Shown here: positions 8,450 to 18,759 of the stretch, piece after piece
Numbering within the stretch: the stretch's first letter is position 1
How the letters are laid out: each line of letters opens with the position of its first letter
NCBI GenBank assembly: GCA_964621435.1
Contig: CAZUMV010000003.1
Coordinates: forward strand, 1-41,078
Direction: 5' to 3'
Length of the DNA stretch: 41,078 nucleotides
DNA from: an uncultured Thiotrichales bacterium
GTDB taxonomy: Bacteria; Pseudomonadota; Gammaproteobacteria; CAZUMV01
Notes under the pieces: generated by a model
What the model was told of the DNA's origin: nothing
What the model saw: the letters and a program-made list of their open reading frames with translations, nothing else
Database searches by the model: none
Position numbers and translations under genes: made by a program

Positions 8450-9545
8450 ATGGAACTGAATCCACTGTTTAATAAAATTGAAGACCTTAAGGTGCGCACC
8501 GACGCGCTTAGGGGGTATCTTTGACTATGAGGCCAAAGCAGAGGCGCTAGAAGAGGTTAGCCGCGAACTAGAAGCTCCGGATATTTGGAACGATCCTGAA
8601 AAAGCGCAAGCGATGGGGAAAAAGCGCGCGACGCTGGAAGCCATCGTTAAAACCATTACCAATCTTGATGGCGGTCTGGCAGACGCCAAAGACTTACTCG
8701 ACATGGCCCAGGAAGAAGCTGATCAGGAAACTGCAGATTCTGTTGCCGCTGATCTTGCTGAGTTTGAGCAACATGTAGCCGGGCTCGAGTTTCGTCGAAT
8801 GTTTTCCGGTGAAATGGATCAGGCGAGTGCGTTTTTGGATATCCAGTCTGGTTCTGGTGGTACTGAAGCGCAAGATTGGGCGGAAATGATTTTAAGAATG
8901 TATTTGCGCTGGGCCGAACAGCAAGGTTTTAAAGCTGAATTAATGGAAGCATCCGCAGGCGACGTCGCTGGAATTAAAAGTGCAACCATAAAGGTTGAGG
9001 GCGAGTATGCGTTCGGTTGGCTGCGGACAGAAACCGGCGTGCATCGTCTGGTTAGAAAGTCTCCGTTTGATTCGGGTAATCGGCGCCATACTTCCTTTGC
9101 AGCCGTTTTTGTCTCTCCAGAGGTTGATGACGATATCGAAATTGAAATCGATCCATCGGATCTACGTATTGACGTCTATCGAGCTTCGGGTGCTGGCGGG
9201 CAGCATGTTAATAAAACCGAATCTGCAGTGCGTATTACGCACCTGCCTACCAACACGGTAACGCAGTGTCAGAATGGTCGCTCGCAACATAAAAATAAAG
9301 ACATGGCGATGAAGCAATTAAAGGCCAAGCTGTACGAGCTTGAGATGAAAAAACGCATGGAAGATCAACAAGCAGTAGAAGAAGGTAAGTCTGATATTGG
9401 CTGGGGTAGTCAAATACGCTCTTATGTATTGGATCAATCTCGAATAAAGGATTTACGTACTGGCGTGGAAACAGGAAATACACAGGCTGTGCTCGATGGT
9501 GGTCTTAATCAATTTATTGAGGCGAGCCTCAAATCAGGGCTTTAA
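8450..9545 (+). CDS. prfB: Peptide chain release factor 2, expressed through programmed +1 frameshift: join(8450..8521,8523..9545)
   Basis: Frame 0 reads '[24 protein letters not shown]' and stops at TGA 8522-8524. The +1 frame continues '[12 protein letters not shown]...' and contains '[21 protein letters not shown]' (GGQ motif) and an SPF motif ('[16 protein letters not shown]'). Confidence 0.95.
8510..8525 (+). promoter_or_regulatory. prfB autoregulatory +1 frameshift site: internal SD-like AGGGGG, then TAT CTT TGA C
   Basis: The sequence AGGGGGTATCTTTGAC has the same layout as the classical E. coli prfB recoding site. It has an SD-like element, a 3-nt spacer, a slippery CTT, and an in-frame TGA followed by C. 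Confidence 0.9.
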
Positions 9546-9557
9546 AAGGTAAGAAAT

Positions 9558-11042
9558 ATGTCAAACGATGATGAAAATAAACTTATTGCCGAGCGTCGCG
9601 AAAAATTAAACAAGTTACGTGAACGTGGACAGGCCTATCCGAATCACTTTAAGCGTAAAGATATCGCGGCTGATTTACACACAGCTTACGGTGACAAAGA
9701 TCGTGAGTGGTTTGATGACAACACCGTGCAGGCTACAGTCGCCGGCCGCATGATGTTAAAGCGAGTTATGGGTAAGGCTAGCTTTGCTTCCTTGCAAGAC
9801 CGTAGTGAGCGAATTCAAATTTATGTCAAGCGCGATGATTTGGCCGATGGCGTCTATATGGATTTTAAAAGCTGGGATATTGGTGATCATCTCGGTGTGA
9901 GCGGAAGACTATTTAAAACTCAAAAGGGTGAGTTATCGGTGCATGCCGAAGGTATCGAAATTCTGTCCAAGGCGTTGCGGCCGTTACCCGAAAAATTCCA
10001 TGGCTTGACGAATACGGAACAACGTTATCGACAAAGATATGTGGATCTGATTGTCAATGATGATGTGCGCGCAACATTTCGTATGCGATCAGCGATTATT
10101 AGTTATATAAGAAAGTTCATGGAAGAGCGTGCATTTCTGGAAGTCGAAACACCTATGATGCAAGTCATTCCCGGTGGTGCTACGGCACGACCCTTTGTGA
10201 CCCACCATAATGCCCTCGACATGGATCTATATCTCAGGATTGCACCAGAGTTGTACCTAAAGCGATTGATCGTTGGCGGTTTGGAGCGTGTATTCGAGAT
10301 TAATCGTAATTTTCGTAACGAAGGTCTATCGACGCGCCATAATCCTGAATTCACGATGATCGAGTTTTACGAGGCATATGCTACTTATGAAGATCATATG
10401 GATTTGACCGAAGAAATGTTTCGCGGTATTGCCAATGAAGTCTTGGCGACTGAACAATTTACCAGTCAAGGAGTTGATTATGATTTTTCTAATCCGTTTC
10501 AAAGGCTTACGGTTAAAGAATCAATTTTGCAATATAACCCTGAAGTAACAGCGGATATGTTGGATGATGTGGCGCAAGCGAAAACACTCGCAGAGTCTTT
10601 AAAAATTCCCCTTAAAGAAAGCTACGGGCTCGGGAAAATTCAAATCGAAATTTTTGAAAAGACCGTTGAGGAAAAGTTATTGCAACCAACATTTATTACT
10701 GCCTATCCGGCAGAGGTGTCACCGTTGGCGCGCCGTAATGATGAGGATGAATTTATTACAGACCGCTATGAGTTCTTTATCGGCGGCAAAGAAATAGCGA
10801 ATGGTTTTTCTGAATTGAATGACCCCGAGGATCAGGCGAATCGATTCCACGAACAGGTTGCGCATAAAGATGCGGGCGATGATGAGGCAATGCATTTTGA
10901 TGATGACTATATTCGAGCGTTAGAATACGGTATGCCGCCCACGGCCGGCGAAGGAATTGGCATTGATCGGTTGGTCATGTTGTTTACAGACTCTCCTTCG
11001 ATTCGCGATGTTTTGCTCTTTCCGCACATGAAACCCGAATAA
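9558..11042 (+). CDS. lysS: Lysyl-tRNA synthetase (class II)
   Basis: Supporting sequence includes '[10 protein letters not shown]', '[25 protein letters not shown]' and '[20 protein letters not shown]'. The conserved prfB-lysS pairing is also present. Confidence 0.95.
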   Translation: MSNDDENKLIAERREKLNKLRERGQAYPNHFKRKDIAADLHTAYGDKDREWFDDNTVQATVAGRMMLKRVMGKASFASLQDRSERIQIYVKRDDLADGVYMDFKSWDIGDHLGVSGRLFKTQKGELSVHAEGIEILSKALRPLPEKFHGLTNTEQRYRQRYVDLIVNDDVRATFRMRSAIISYIRKFMEERAFLEVETPMMQVIPGGATARPFVTHHNALDMDLYLRIAPELYLKRLIVGGLERVFEINRNFRNEGLSTRHNPEFTMIEFYEAYATYEDHMDLTEEMFRGIANEVLATEQFTSQGVDYDFSNPFQRLTVKESILQYNPEVTADMLDDVAQAKTLAESLKIPLKESYGLGKIQIEIFEKTVEEKLLQPTFITAYPAEVSPLARRNDEDEFITDRYEFFIGGKEIANGFSELNDPEDQANRFHEQVAHKDAGDDEAMHFDDDYIRALEYGMPPTAGEGIGIDRLVMLFTDSPSIRDVLLFPHMKPE

Positions 11043-11185
11043 ATGCCGCAGTAGCGTTGTTTATACGGCCGTATAACCCTAGTAAACGAATGGGATTGGG
11101 TATAGACTGTAACTGGATCGGTTGGTGAGTACGAGTCATCAGCTTTTTTGGATGCCAGTTAATTGGCCATAATTACGAGAATAAA

Positions 11186-11395
11186 ATGTCAGAAGAAGTC
11201 GAAGGAACCGTAAAATGGTTTAACGATGAAAAGGGATTTGGTTTCATCGAGAGAGAAGGTGAAAAGGATGTTTTCGTTCATCATAGTTGTATCAATGGGG
11301 ATGGCTTTAAAACGTTGAAAGAAGGCCAGCGCGTAAGCATGAATGTGGTTGACGGTCAAAAAGGCCCGCAAGCGGAAAACGTAACGCCGTTATAG
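11186..11395 (+). CDS. Cold-shock protein, CspA family
   Basis: '[18 protein letters not shown]' (RNP1) and 'DVFVHHS' (RNP2) are present in a 69-aa product. A ~140-nt upstream leader is consistent with a csp 5'UTR. Confidence 0.9.
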   Translation: MSEEVEGTVKWFNDEKGFGFIEREGEKDVFVHHSCINGDGFKTLKEGQRVSMNVVDGQKGPQAENVTPL

Positions 11396-11474
11396 TTTGT
11401 TTGGTTGTCCCAAGGTACGCGGGCGGAGGCAAATTTGCTGAAGCCAAAACAGAATCCTGCGTGATACTACTGAG

Positions 11475-12260
11475 CTAGTTGTTGGACAGTAGTACTTGAC
11501 CAGCGTCATGATCAACCACGACGCCCTCATTTGTAATCCTCGAGATAGTGAATTCGCTGCCTTGCAGCGTGTCGCCTTCGCGATATTTCTTCATATTAAT
11601 CAATACAAAACTGCGACTGGCATCGCTACTGTTGAAAATGTGCGTATTGATTTCATAATTAGACAACTGTTCTGCCAATCCTGCATTATTTAGTTCTTTC
11701 AGCGTAACCGGGTTTTCGGGGACTGGCGCCGGTTTAATCTCTTCTGTTTCGATCATGGCGAAATCAGCAGGTACCGCGGGTGCCGCGTTTGCGAGCACCG
11801 CAGAAGTGTTGCTATCGGTAGTGCTATTGTCATATGCGGCCTGTGCAGATTGTGGTTTCGCTAAAAGCTCCTCTGCCAGGGCTGTAGCAGCTTTGACCTC
11901 TCTCGGTGGCGGCATTTCCGCTCTGGTAGGCATTTCTAAGGTCAGCCGCGGGCCAGAATTTACCACTTGCTCTGGTTGACTTTGACCGGATGTATTTGTG
12001 TTGCTCACTACAGTATTTACCACGGTCCTTTCTACTTCATTGGCGTCGTTTGTTACCGGAACAGTATTATTCGATTTCAGGATAACTGCTAAAATTGCAA
12101 GATTAACGACCACGGCCGCGATTAGAAAAGGCAACCACGGTATGCTTTTGCGGGTGTCATTGCCGGTGTTAATACCCGAGGTGACCAGCGAATTTGCGTC
12201 TTGAGTTTTTGCTATGCGCTCGGATTCCGATCTTTTCAGCGCGTCAAGAATTAAGGACAT
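11475..12260 (-). CDS. gspB: GspB/ExeB-like type II secretion assembly protein
   Basis: The N-terminus 'MSLILDALKRSESER' is followed by a single TM segment. The gene sits directly downstream of, and is co-oriented with, the ExeA-like ATPase gene. Confidence 0.7.
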   Translation of the reverse strand: MSLILDALKRSESERIAKTQDANSLVTSGINTGNDTRKSIPWLPFLIAAVVVNLAILAVILKSNNTVPVTNDANEVERTVVNTVVSNTNTSGQSQPEQVVNSGPRLTLEMPTRAEMPPPREVKAATALAEELLAKPQSAQAAYDNSTTDSNTSAVLANAAPAVPADFAMIETEEIKPAPVPENPVTLKELNNAGLAEQLSNYEINTHIFNSSDASRSFVLINMKKYREGDTLQGSEFTISRITNEGVVVDHDAGQVLLSNN

Positions 12261-12264
12261 GGTC

Positions 12265-13992
12265 TTATCTAATCAGGGTGGGGGTTTGCTGAGGATCGAG
12301 ATCGCCAGCTAATTTGATCAGTGTTATCGGGTCAGCTTTACCACTGGCATTGATACCTCGTTCATACTGATATTGTATAAGACGTTGTTCGAGGTTTTCA
12401 TTAAACACATCACCATATTCGGTTGGTTCAAGCCCTTCGAGCTGATCGAGTCTCCCGGCTAACCACATAACGTCTTGATTTTTCATGCCTACTTGCAGTT
12501 CTTTGGAGCCCGCTGGTGGTAGTCGCCAAAACAATGCAAAGCTCCCTTTCCAACGTTCCTGCAGTTCAGTTAGGGATATCGAATGCAGGTTTCCAGAGAA
12601 ATCCAGAGTGATGCTGTTTTCCTCTATCTCCAGCGCGACCGCCATACGTTTTTTTCCAAAGTCGTCAATAAGTTCGAGCACCGCCGGGCGGTTATAACTG
12701 ATTAGTTTTTCCAGATCACCATTTTCATAAATACACGCGAGGCCGTTGTTTTCCGCAATCAGACAAGAGCTTTGTTCATTGTCTACCGCACTAGGTAAAC
12801 CCCACAGGTTAAATAACGTACCAAAGGCAATTTTTGTTTCACCATATTCATCCAGCAAGCTTTGTAGGTCATTGGTAACTGTTAATGCTGCAAAGTCCTC
12901 TGCGGGCAAGTCATCGCTAACGGGTACTACTGCCGTGGAAACCGTGTCAGTGCTAGTCGCTGATTCAGCGGTGCTCATAGCGCCGTTTGCAATTGTGTTA
13001 GTGCTACTTATGGGTGCCTCGATGCTGACAGTTTCTTCTATTGGTATCGCCGCGTTGGCGGTCTCTATTGGTATGACTGCATCCTGGCGGAAGAAGCTAA
13101 TCCCGGTAATCAGCAGCGCCAGCAATGCCATACTCAAACTGGTCGCGAGCAAGTAGCCGGGCATATTAAGTTTGGCTTTGCCGCCGCGCCCTAATACTTC
13201 AGCCATCGCTTTGCGGATTAAGGGGCGAGTAATTTTGCGTTCGCCATTCGCATACGCACCCAGCAGGGCGCGCTCGGCGATAACGTTAATAACCCGCGGT
13301 ATGCCGCCGGCTTGTTTAAATAACTCATCTTTGGCGCGCCGATCAAAAATCTCCCCGGTAGCGCCGGCGACTGACATGCGGTGTTCTATATATTGTCCGG
13401 TCTCTTTTTGGTTCAACGGCGGTAAGTGGTATCTGGCAGTAACACGTTGCGCTAACTGTGTTAGCGAGGAGTCTTCGAGTAATTCGCGTAACTCCGGTTG
13501 TCCCAACAGAATTATTTTTAACAATTTATGTTCGCCGGTTTCCAGGTTGGTTAGCAGGCGAATCTGTTCCAAAGTCGGGATATCCAAATTTTGCGCTTCA
13601 TCAATAATCAGCACCGAGCGTTCGCCACGGCTATGTACACCCAATAGGTATTTGTTGAGCGCATCAAACAGCGGTTTTCTGCTTTGTGGGTTTTCCGGGT
13701 AAGTGATATTAAATTCGTCGCAGATGGTTGCTAACAATTCAACCGGAGTAAGCAGTGGGTTTAATATTAGAGCAAGGTTGATATCAGCAGGTGCTTGTTC
13801 CAGTAAAGTGCGACAAAGTGTGGTTTTGCCGGTTCCTACTTCGCCGGTTAATAGTGCGAAGCTACCGCTTTCATCGGTGCCGTAGACCAGATGAGCAAGG
13901 CCTTCTTTATGTTGGTCACTCAAATACAAAAACCGCGGGTTGGGGGTTATGGAAAACGGTTTTTCTTTTAAACCAAAAAACTCTTTATACAT
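12265..13992 (-). CDS. gspA: GspA/ExeA-like AAA ATPase with C-terminal peptidoglycan-binding domain
   Basis: 'FFGLKEKPFSITPNPRFLYLSDQHKEGLAHL' is followed by the Walker A 'GEVGTGKTT' and the Walker B 'VLIIDEAQ'. There is a central TM segment. The C-terminus 'LEQRLIQYQYERGINASGKADPITL' looks like a PG-binding repeat. Confidence 0.85.
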   Translation of the reverse strand: MYKEFFGLKEKPFSITPNPRFLYLSDQHKEGLAHLVYGTDESGSFALLTGEVGTGKTTLCRTLLEQAPADINLALILNPLLTPVELLATICDEFNITYPENPQSRKPLFDALNKYLLGVHSRGERSVLIIDEAQNLDIPTLEQIRLLTNLETGEHKLLKIILLGQPELRELLEDSSLTQLAQRVTARYHLPPLNQKETGQYIEHRMSVAGATGEIFDRRAKDELFKQAGGIPRVINVIAERALLGAYANGERKITRPLIRKAMAEVLGRGGKAKLNMPGYLLATSLSMALLALLITGISFFRQDAVIPIETANAAIPIEETVSIEAPISSTNTIANGAMSTAESATSTDTVSTAVVPVSDDLPAEDFAALTVTNDLQSLLDEYGETKIAFGTLFNLWGLPSAVDNEQSSCLIAENNGLACIYENGDLEKLISYNRPAVLELIDDFGKKRMAVALEIEENSITLDFSGNLHSISLTELQERWKGSFALFWRLPPAGSKELQVGMKNQDVMWLAGRLDQLEGLEPTEYGDVFNENLEQRLIQYQYERGINASGKADPITLIKLAGDLDPQQTPTLIR

Positions 13993-14010
13993 GATTTTTA
14001 TTCTTTGTTG

Positions 14011-15063
14011 TTAAACGTCAAAGCCGTACGGTGGCGGTGAAACTTCCAACTGTGCGGTGCTGTTACCATCTAGTTGTAACGCGGAACCTTCGTCCACAAC
14101 TTTAATGCGTAAAACAGCCAGACCTTCTATTCTACCGCCGACATTCGGTGCTGAGTACACAATTGTGCCAACTGGTTCACCATTTTTGTTGTCTTCGCTA
14201 TAAATTTGGGTGCCAACCTCGGCATTTTTGTCAGCAGACCAGCTAACCCGGTACATGCGGCGTTTTTGTTTTCCGAGGTAATGGGTTCTAGCAACAATTT
14301 CCTGTCCGGGATAACAGCCTTTGTCGAAACTCAAAGCACCCAATTGTTCGAGGTTAACCATCTGCGGCACATAAGTGTCGACGGAAACAGGCGAAAAGGT
14401 CGGGATGCCGGATAAAACCTTCAACAACTGTGCAGCGCTATGACCAACGGGAGCGGCGTGCACGTTGAGTCGCTCCCATATTTTAATGGCTTGTTTTAAT
14501 TCCGCGATAATCATAAAGCGCGGATTAATGCCGTGTACCCGCAATAAGGTTGCGCCCGCTTCGTTACTCGCCTCGTTCGGCACGCGCGGGATATTATCAA
14601 AAATTTCCGCTAGTTCTTTTTCAATATCAGGGCCAGCAGCACCAAAAGTAATGAGTTCTTGTGCAACAGCAAGTTCTACTTTTGCCATCATGACAAACAT
14701 TTGTAATCGTTTGATAGTTTGTTCATGCAGTGATTTAGGTAAGATCAAGTAGTATTGGTTATCTCTAAGCAATACTCTCGTCAATGCCAAAACCCTGCCT
14801 TTAGGTGAGCAATATGCACTGAGCTGACTGTGTCCCTCGGTAACCAGGTTAAAGTCATTGCTGAGTTGACCTTGCATAAAACTACTGGCATCGTCGCCGC
14901 TAACCCGCACTAACACGTTTTCCGATAAATCAAAAAATGCGCTGCCATTCAGTATCAGGCGGGATTCCAGTTCCGGGTTACCAAAATGATCAATTTGATG
15001 GTCAACAGCGACATTAAATACAGCGCCAGCCTTAACCAAGTGTTCTTGCCATTCAATGTTCAT
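14011..15063 (-). CDS. ygfZ: Folate-binding tRNA-modification/Fe-S repair protein YgfZ
   Basis: The YgfZ signature 'KGCYPGQEIVARTHYLGKQKRR' lies in an aminomethyltransferase-like fold of ~350 aa. Confidence 0.85.
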   Translation of the reverse strand: MNIEWQEHLVKAGAVFNVAVDHQIDHFGNPELESRLILNGSAFFDLSENVLVRVSGDDASSFMQGQLSNDFNLVTEGHSQLSAYCSPKGRVLALTRVLLRDNQYYLILPKSLHEQTIKRLQMFVMMAKVELAVAQELITFGAAGPDIEKELAEIFDNIPRVPNEASNEAGATLLRVHGINPRFMIIAELKQAIKIWERLNVHAAPVGHSAAQLLKVLSGIPTFSPVSVDTYVPQMVNLEQLGALSFDKGCYPGQEIVARTHYLGKQKRRMYRVSWSADKNAEVGTQIYSEDNKNGEPVGTIVYSAPNVGGRIEGLAVLRIKVVDEGSALQLDGNSTAQLEVSPPPYGFDV

Positions 15064-15196
15064 AAATAATAAGCTTTCCAGGGTATGCGGCCATTTTACA
15101 CGGGCAGCAGCCGTTTAGTGAGATTGACCGGCAATTTCGGACAAATGGCCGCGGTTTTGGCTTTATTTTCCGCTCTACTAAAGATTAAATACCCTC

Positions 15197-16243
15197 ATGA
15201 TCGATGCTTTGGCGTATTTGAATCCGGATCCGGAAAGTCGACCGACTGCGGTCATCCGGCAAGTGCCTGGCGATTTTCAGGTAACCGAGATTCCGTTAGT
15301 CACGCCATCCGGATCTGGCGAGCATCTATGGTTGGAGGTCGCTAAAACAGGTCTGAACACTCAAGACGTTGCTGCGCGTTTGGCGCGTGTGCTAAAAATC
15401 CCTGTCAGAAGTGTGAGTTTTGCCGGTATGAAGGATCGGCGCGCCAAGACCATACAATGGTTCAGTGCCTGGATGCCCGGCAAGCCTGATCCGGAAGATT
15501 TGCATCTCGCAGAAGGTGTGCAAGTGCTGCAGATGACCCGTCACCAAAAAAAATTGCAACGTGGGCATTTGCGCGGCAATCATTTCGAGTTGCTCATACG
15601 GGACTGTTCGCATCTCGGAACCGGGTTGCAAAACGCGCTGCGCGAGCTAGGTCAAACAGGTGTGCCGAATTACTTTGGCGAACAACGATTTGGTCGGAAT
15701 TTCGCCAACCTACCGCGTTCTCTTGAATTTTTTTCGGGCACCTATAAGCCTCATAGCCGACATGAGCGTGGCCTGCTTATCTCGAGTGCGCGCGCCTATT
15801 TGTTCAATCACTATGTAGATCAACGCTTACAAGATCAGCTCTGGGACGTCGTGCTGGATGGCGATGTGCTTAATCTCGCTGGTAGCCAAAGCGTCTTTGT
15901 GGCTGATTTCGCAGATGCTGCATTACAGACCCGTTACCAGGATCGGGATATCCATATTACCGGACCCTTGTATGGTGGTGGAGAATCAATGGCCGATGGC
16001 GCGGCGCTGAAGATGGAGTTACAACTTGCGCGGCAGCACCGGGAATATTTTTCCGGTTTGGAAGGTGTTAACGCAAAGTACGCTCGACGCGCAATGCGAG
16101 TGATACCCTGGGATATCGAGTTTTCTGTGCCGGATGAAAAAACGCTCCGGCTGGCATTTAGCTTGCCAGCCGGAGCGTATGCTACTTCGGTGTTACGAGA
16201 ATTTTTTGATTACTCGGTAGCAATCCCCGAGGGCGCTACTTGA
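15197..16243 (+). CDS. truD: tRNA pseudouridine(13) synthase TruD
   Basis: 'GEHLWLEVAKTGLNTQDVA..VSFAGMKDRRAKTIQWFS' matches the TruD catalytic region, including the Asp in GMKD. Confidence 0.9.
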   Translation: MIDALAYLNPDPESRPTAVIRQVPGDFQVTEIPLVTPSGSGEHLWLEVAKTGLNTQDVAARLARVLKIPVRSVSFAGMKDRRAKTIQWFSAWMPGKPDPEDLHLAEGVQVLQMTRHQKKLQRGHLRGNHFELLIRDCSHLGTGLQNALRELGQTGVPNYFGEQRFGRNFANLPRSLEFFSGTYKPHSRHERGLLISSARAYLFNHYVDQRLQDQLWDVVLDGDVLNLAGSQSVFVADFADAALQTRYQDRDIHITGPLYGGGESMADGAALKMELQLARQHREYFSGLEGVNAKYARRAMRVIPWDIEFSVPDEKTLRLAFSLPAGAYATSVLREFFDYSVAIPEGAT

Positions 16244-17285
16244 TCTCAAGCAATTCTACGGTGAATAGTAATACCGAGTTAGCCGGAATGCCCGGCCGAC
16301 CTTGCGGTCCATAAGCCATATCACTAGGTATTACGAAGTCAGTTGTGCCGCCAACCTTCATCAGCTGGAGACCTTCAGTCCAACCAGAGATGACACCATT
16401 CAGTGGGAACTCGGCGGGCTGATTGCGATCATATGAGCTGTCAAATTGCGTGCCATCGATCAATGTTCCCTTATAGTGAACTTTGACTGTTTGTTCGGCA
16501 GTTGGCGATGCGCCAGTACCTTCGGTAACAGTTTTGTATTGCAAGCCGCTGGCAGTTTCAGTCCAGCCATCTGTGCTTTTATTGGCGGTTAAGTAAGCAG
16601 CACCCGCGGCAATGTTTTCAGCGCTTAGTGCATCCTGTTCGGCTTGTTGTGCAGCTTGTGCCGCTGCCAGTGTGCTTTGAATATCTTCCTCGGACAATTT
16701 AATTTCCTGCTTCGTCAAGACGTCGTTAATGCCATTAATCGCCGCCGCTGTATTCAGGTTTTCGGATTGTTGCGCTAATACCTGACCAAGCTGGCCAGCT
16801 AAAAAAGCGCCCAGCGCATAACCGAACTTATCTTTGTCGATGCCGGTAATCGGGGTTGCTCCGCCTTCGGTAGTTGGTTCAGTCGCTGCTTGCTGTGCCG
16901 CCTGCATCGCTGCTTGTCCTTCTTGCAGGGTGTTTTGAATTTCAACGTCGGTCATTTGCAGGTCATTATTTGCCAGGACATCGTTGATCCCCTTAATGGC
17001 TTCGCTGCTGGTAAGGTTGCCGCTTTGCTGGCCGATTACCTGATCAATCTGCGTTGCCAAATATGCGCCAAGCGCATAACCGAACTTGTTTTTATCATTA
17101 GTAAGGTCGTTGGCATCTACGGTACTAGCGCTGGCCGTTGTGCTTGGCGCAGCAGTGCTTGTATCTGCGGCCGTGCTGGTGGTCGTTTCTACGGTGCTGG
17201 TATCAGTGCTTGCCGGTTGATTGCAGCCGAGAACTAAACCGAAAACGGCGAGGATTAATATACTGGTTTTGAAAGAATTGGACAT
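16236..17285 (-). CDS. FKBP-type peptidyl-prolyl cis-trans isomerase lipoprotein with duplicated FKBP N-terminal (dimerisation) domain
   Basis: The lipobox is 'LVLGC'. The FKBP core is 'VKVHYKGTLIDGTQFDSSYDRNQPAEFPLNGVISGWTEGLQLMKVGG..LLFTVELLE'. Two copies of 'DK.KFGYALGA.LA.Q..QV..QQS.NL....AI.GINDVL' precede it. Confidence 0.85.
   Translation of the reverse strand: MSNSFKTSILILAVFGLVLGCNQPASTDTSTVETTTSTAADTSTAAPSTTASASTVDANDLTNDKNKFGYALGAYLATQIDQVIGQQSGNLTSSEAIKGINDVLANNDLQMTDVEIQNTLQEGQAAMQAAQQAATEPTTEGGATPITGIDKDKFGYALGAFLAGQLGQVLAQQSENLNTAAAINGINDVLTKQEIKLSEEDIQSTLAAAQAAQQAEQDALSAENIAAGAAYLTANKSTDGWTETASGLQYKTVTEGTGASPTAEQTVKVHYKGTLIDGTQFDSSYDRNQPAEFPLNGVISGWTEGLQLMKVGGTTDFVIPSDMAYGPQGRPGIPANSVLLFTVELLEIK
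16638..17096 (-). repeat. Internal tandem duplication (~70 aa x2) of the FKBP N-terminal helical domain
   Basis: Residues ~64-133 and ~150-216 of the FKBP ORF align along their length. At nucleotide level they share runs such as gcgcataaccgaactt. Confidence 0.7.
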
Positions 17286-17374
17286 TTGGTGTACCTATTG
17301 TTGAACTCCGAGAGCAGGGGATTCTAGCTATATTGTGGCCAGCAAACAAATATTTGTGGCTTAAATTGTAAGAT

Positions 17375-17920
17375 TTAGCGCTTCGCTGCTTTAAGGAGGA
17401 CGTAAACAGCGCCGGTGCCACCGTCCTCGGGTCGTGCTGAATGGAACGCTAGAACCTCGTCACGTTGCAGCAACCAGTGATTTACAAGGCCTTTTAGGAC
17501 GGGTCCGCGGTTCGAAGAACGGAGTCCTTTACCATGAATGATGCGAATGCAGCGCCAGTCATTTTCCATGGCCTCCGCTAAAAATGACTGTACATAGAGG
17601 CGTGCGTCTTGCGCCCGCATACCGTGCAGGTCAAACTCCGCGTCCATACGAAATTTCCCGCTACGTAGTTTCTTGAAAACGGTTTTCTGAACGCCGGGAC
17701 GTACAAAGCTCAGAATATCTCCCGGTTGGAGTTCTGAAGTCAGGTATTCGTCGCTTAACATATCTACCAGGACCTGCTTTTCGTCCGCAATCAACTGCCG
17801 TGGTTTCGCATCCAGCTTGGGTTGTTCCGGTGCGATGCGATCATTTTTAATCGGGCGTACTTTTCCAACTGTGGAGCGAAATAATTCTCGATCACTGGAT
17901 TTGTCTGATTTGTCGTTCAT
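17375..17920 (-). CDS. Smr (MutS2-like small endonuclease) domain protein
   Basis: The C-terminal region 'LHGMRAQDARLYVQSFL..IRIIHGKGLRS..GPVLKGLVNHWL' is an Smr domain. Confidence 0.8.
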   Translation of the reverse strand: MNDKSDKSSDRELFRSTVGKVRPIKNDRIAPEQPKLDAKPRQLIADEKQVLVDMLSDEYLTSELQPGDILSFVRPGVQKTVFKKLRSGKFRMDAEFDLHGMRAQDARLYVQSFLAEAMENDWRCIRIIHGKGLRSSNRGPVLKGLVNHWLLQRDEVLAFHSARPEDGGTGAVYVLLKAAKR

Positions 17921-17993
17921 GTCCGGATATTCGCAAATATTGGTACTTTAAATCCAGTATCATATCGCAAAACGAAATCTTGACTGGATTATC

Positions 17994-18758
17994 ATGCATA
18001 TATTGGTCAGCAATGACGATGGCTACGAGTCGCCATGGCTACAGCATTTAGTGGATGCGCTAGAGCCATTCGGAAAAATTAGTGTGGTCGCGCCGCGCCA
18101 TGACCAAAGTGGGGTTAGTAGCGCTTTAACGCTAGGGCGACCGCTGCGGGCGACCACCATGCCAAATGGATTTATACACGTTGATGGTACTCCGGCAGAT
18201 TGCGCGCATTTGGGCATCACCGGTTTGTTGGATGAAATGCCGGATATTGTAATTTCCGGCATTAACAAGGGCGCTAATCTGGGTGATGATGTGCTTTACT
18301 CGGGTACTGTAGGCGCGGCGATGGAAGGGCGGTTTCTCGATTTACCAGCGTTGGCGTTTTCTATGCTCAACTATGAGGCGGCCCATGTTGCAACCGCCAA
18401 AGCTGTGGTTCGCACAATAATGCAAGGTCTGGCACGACAACGATTACCGCAACACGCAATGTTAAATATCAATATTCCCGATATCCCGCTCGAGCATTGT
18501 AAGGGTCTGGCCGCAACCCGCTTGGGACACCGACATATTGCCGCCGATTTAAATAAAACCACTGATCCCTATGGCAAACCAATTTATTGGATTGGACCAG
18601 CAGGCGCGCCGAAAGATGCTGGTGCCGGAACCGATTTTCATGCCGTCAAAAACAACTGGGTTTCAGTGACGCCACTGCGGGCGGACCTTAGCGACCAAAG
18701 TAATCTAGACGATTTATCTGCATGGTTACAGGCTGTGGCACCCCTTGAGCAGTCTTAA
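17994..18758 (+). CDS. surE: 5'/3'-nucleotidase SurE
   Basis: The N-terminus is 'MHILVSNDDGYESP' and 'GINKGANLGDDVLYSGTVGAAMEG' is present. The gene sits in truD...surE-pcm-nlpD synteny. Confidence 0.95.
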   Translation: MHILVSNDDGYESPWLQHLVDALEPFGKISVVAPRHDQSGVSSALTLGRPLRATTMPNGFIHVDGTPADCAHLGITGLLDEMPDIVISGINKGANLGDDVLYSGTVGAAMEGRFLDLPALAFSMLNYEAAHVATAKAVVRTIMQGLARQRLPQHAMLNINIPDIPLEHCKGLAATRLGHRHIAADLNKTTDPYGKPIYWIGPAGAPKDAGAGTDFHAVKNNWVSVTPLRADLSDQSNLDDLSAWLQAVAPLEQS

Positions 18759-18759
18759 G

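Noticed and set aside
12746-13702. Long plus-strand ORFs (136 and 176 aa) antisense to gspA. Similar antisense or shadow ORFs lie inside recJ (4195-5260), hom (22756-23326), the 930-aa lipoprotein gene (27596-28447) and the TPR genes.
   Set aside because: All lie within confidently identified genes on the other strand or frame. They have Arg/Ser/Cys/Pro-rich shadow-ORF composition and no RBS or domain signal.
11475-13992. gspA/gspB (exeAB-like) pair with no other T2SS genes nearby, considered as a possible orphan or novel arrangement
   Set aside because: ExeAB-type genes are known to be encoded separately from the main gsp operon (for example in Aeromonas), so isolation from gspC-N is not unusual.
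16236-16243. An 8-nt overlap of the convergent truD and FKBP gene 3' ends
   Set aside because: This is a trivial stop-codon overlap of convergent genes, and no structure or regulatory element is evident.
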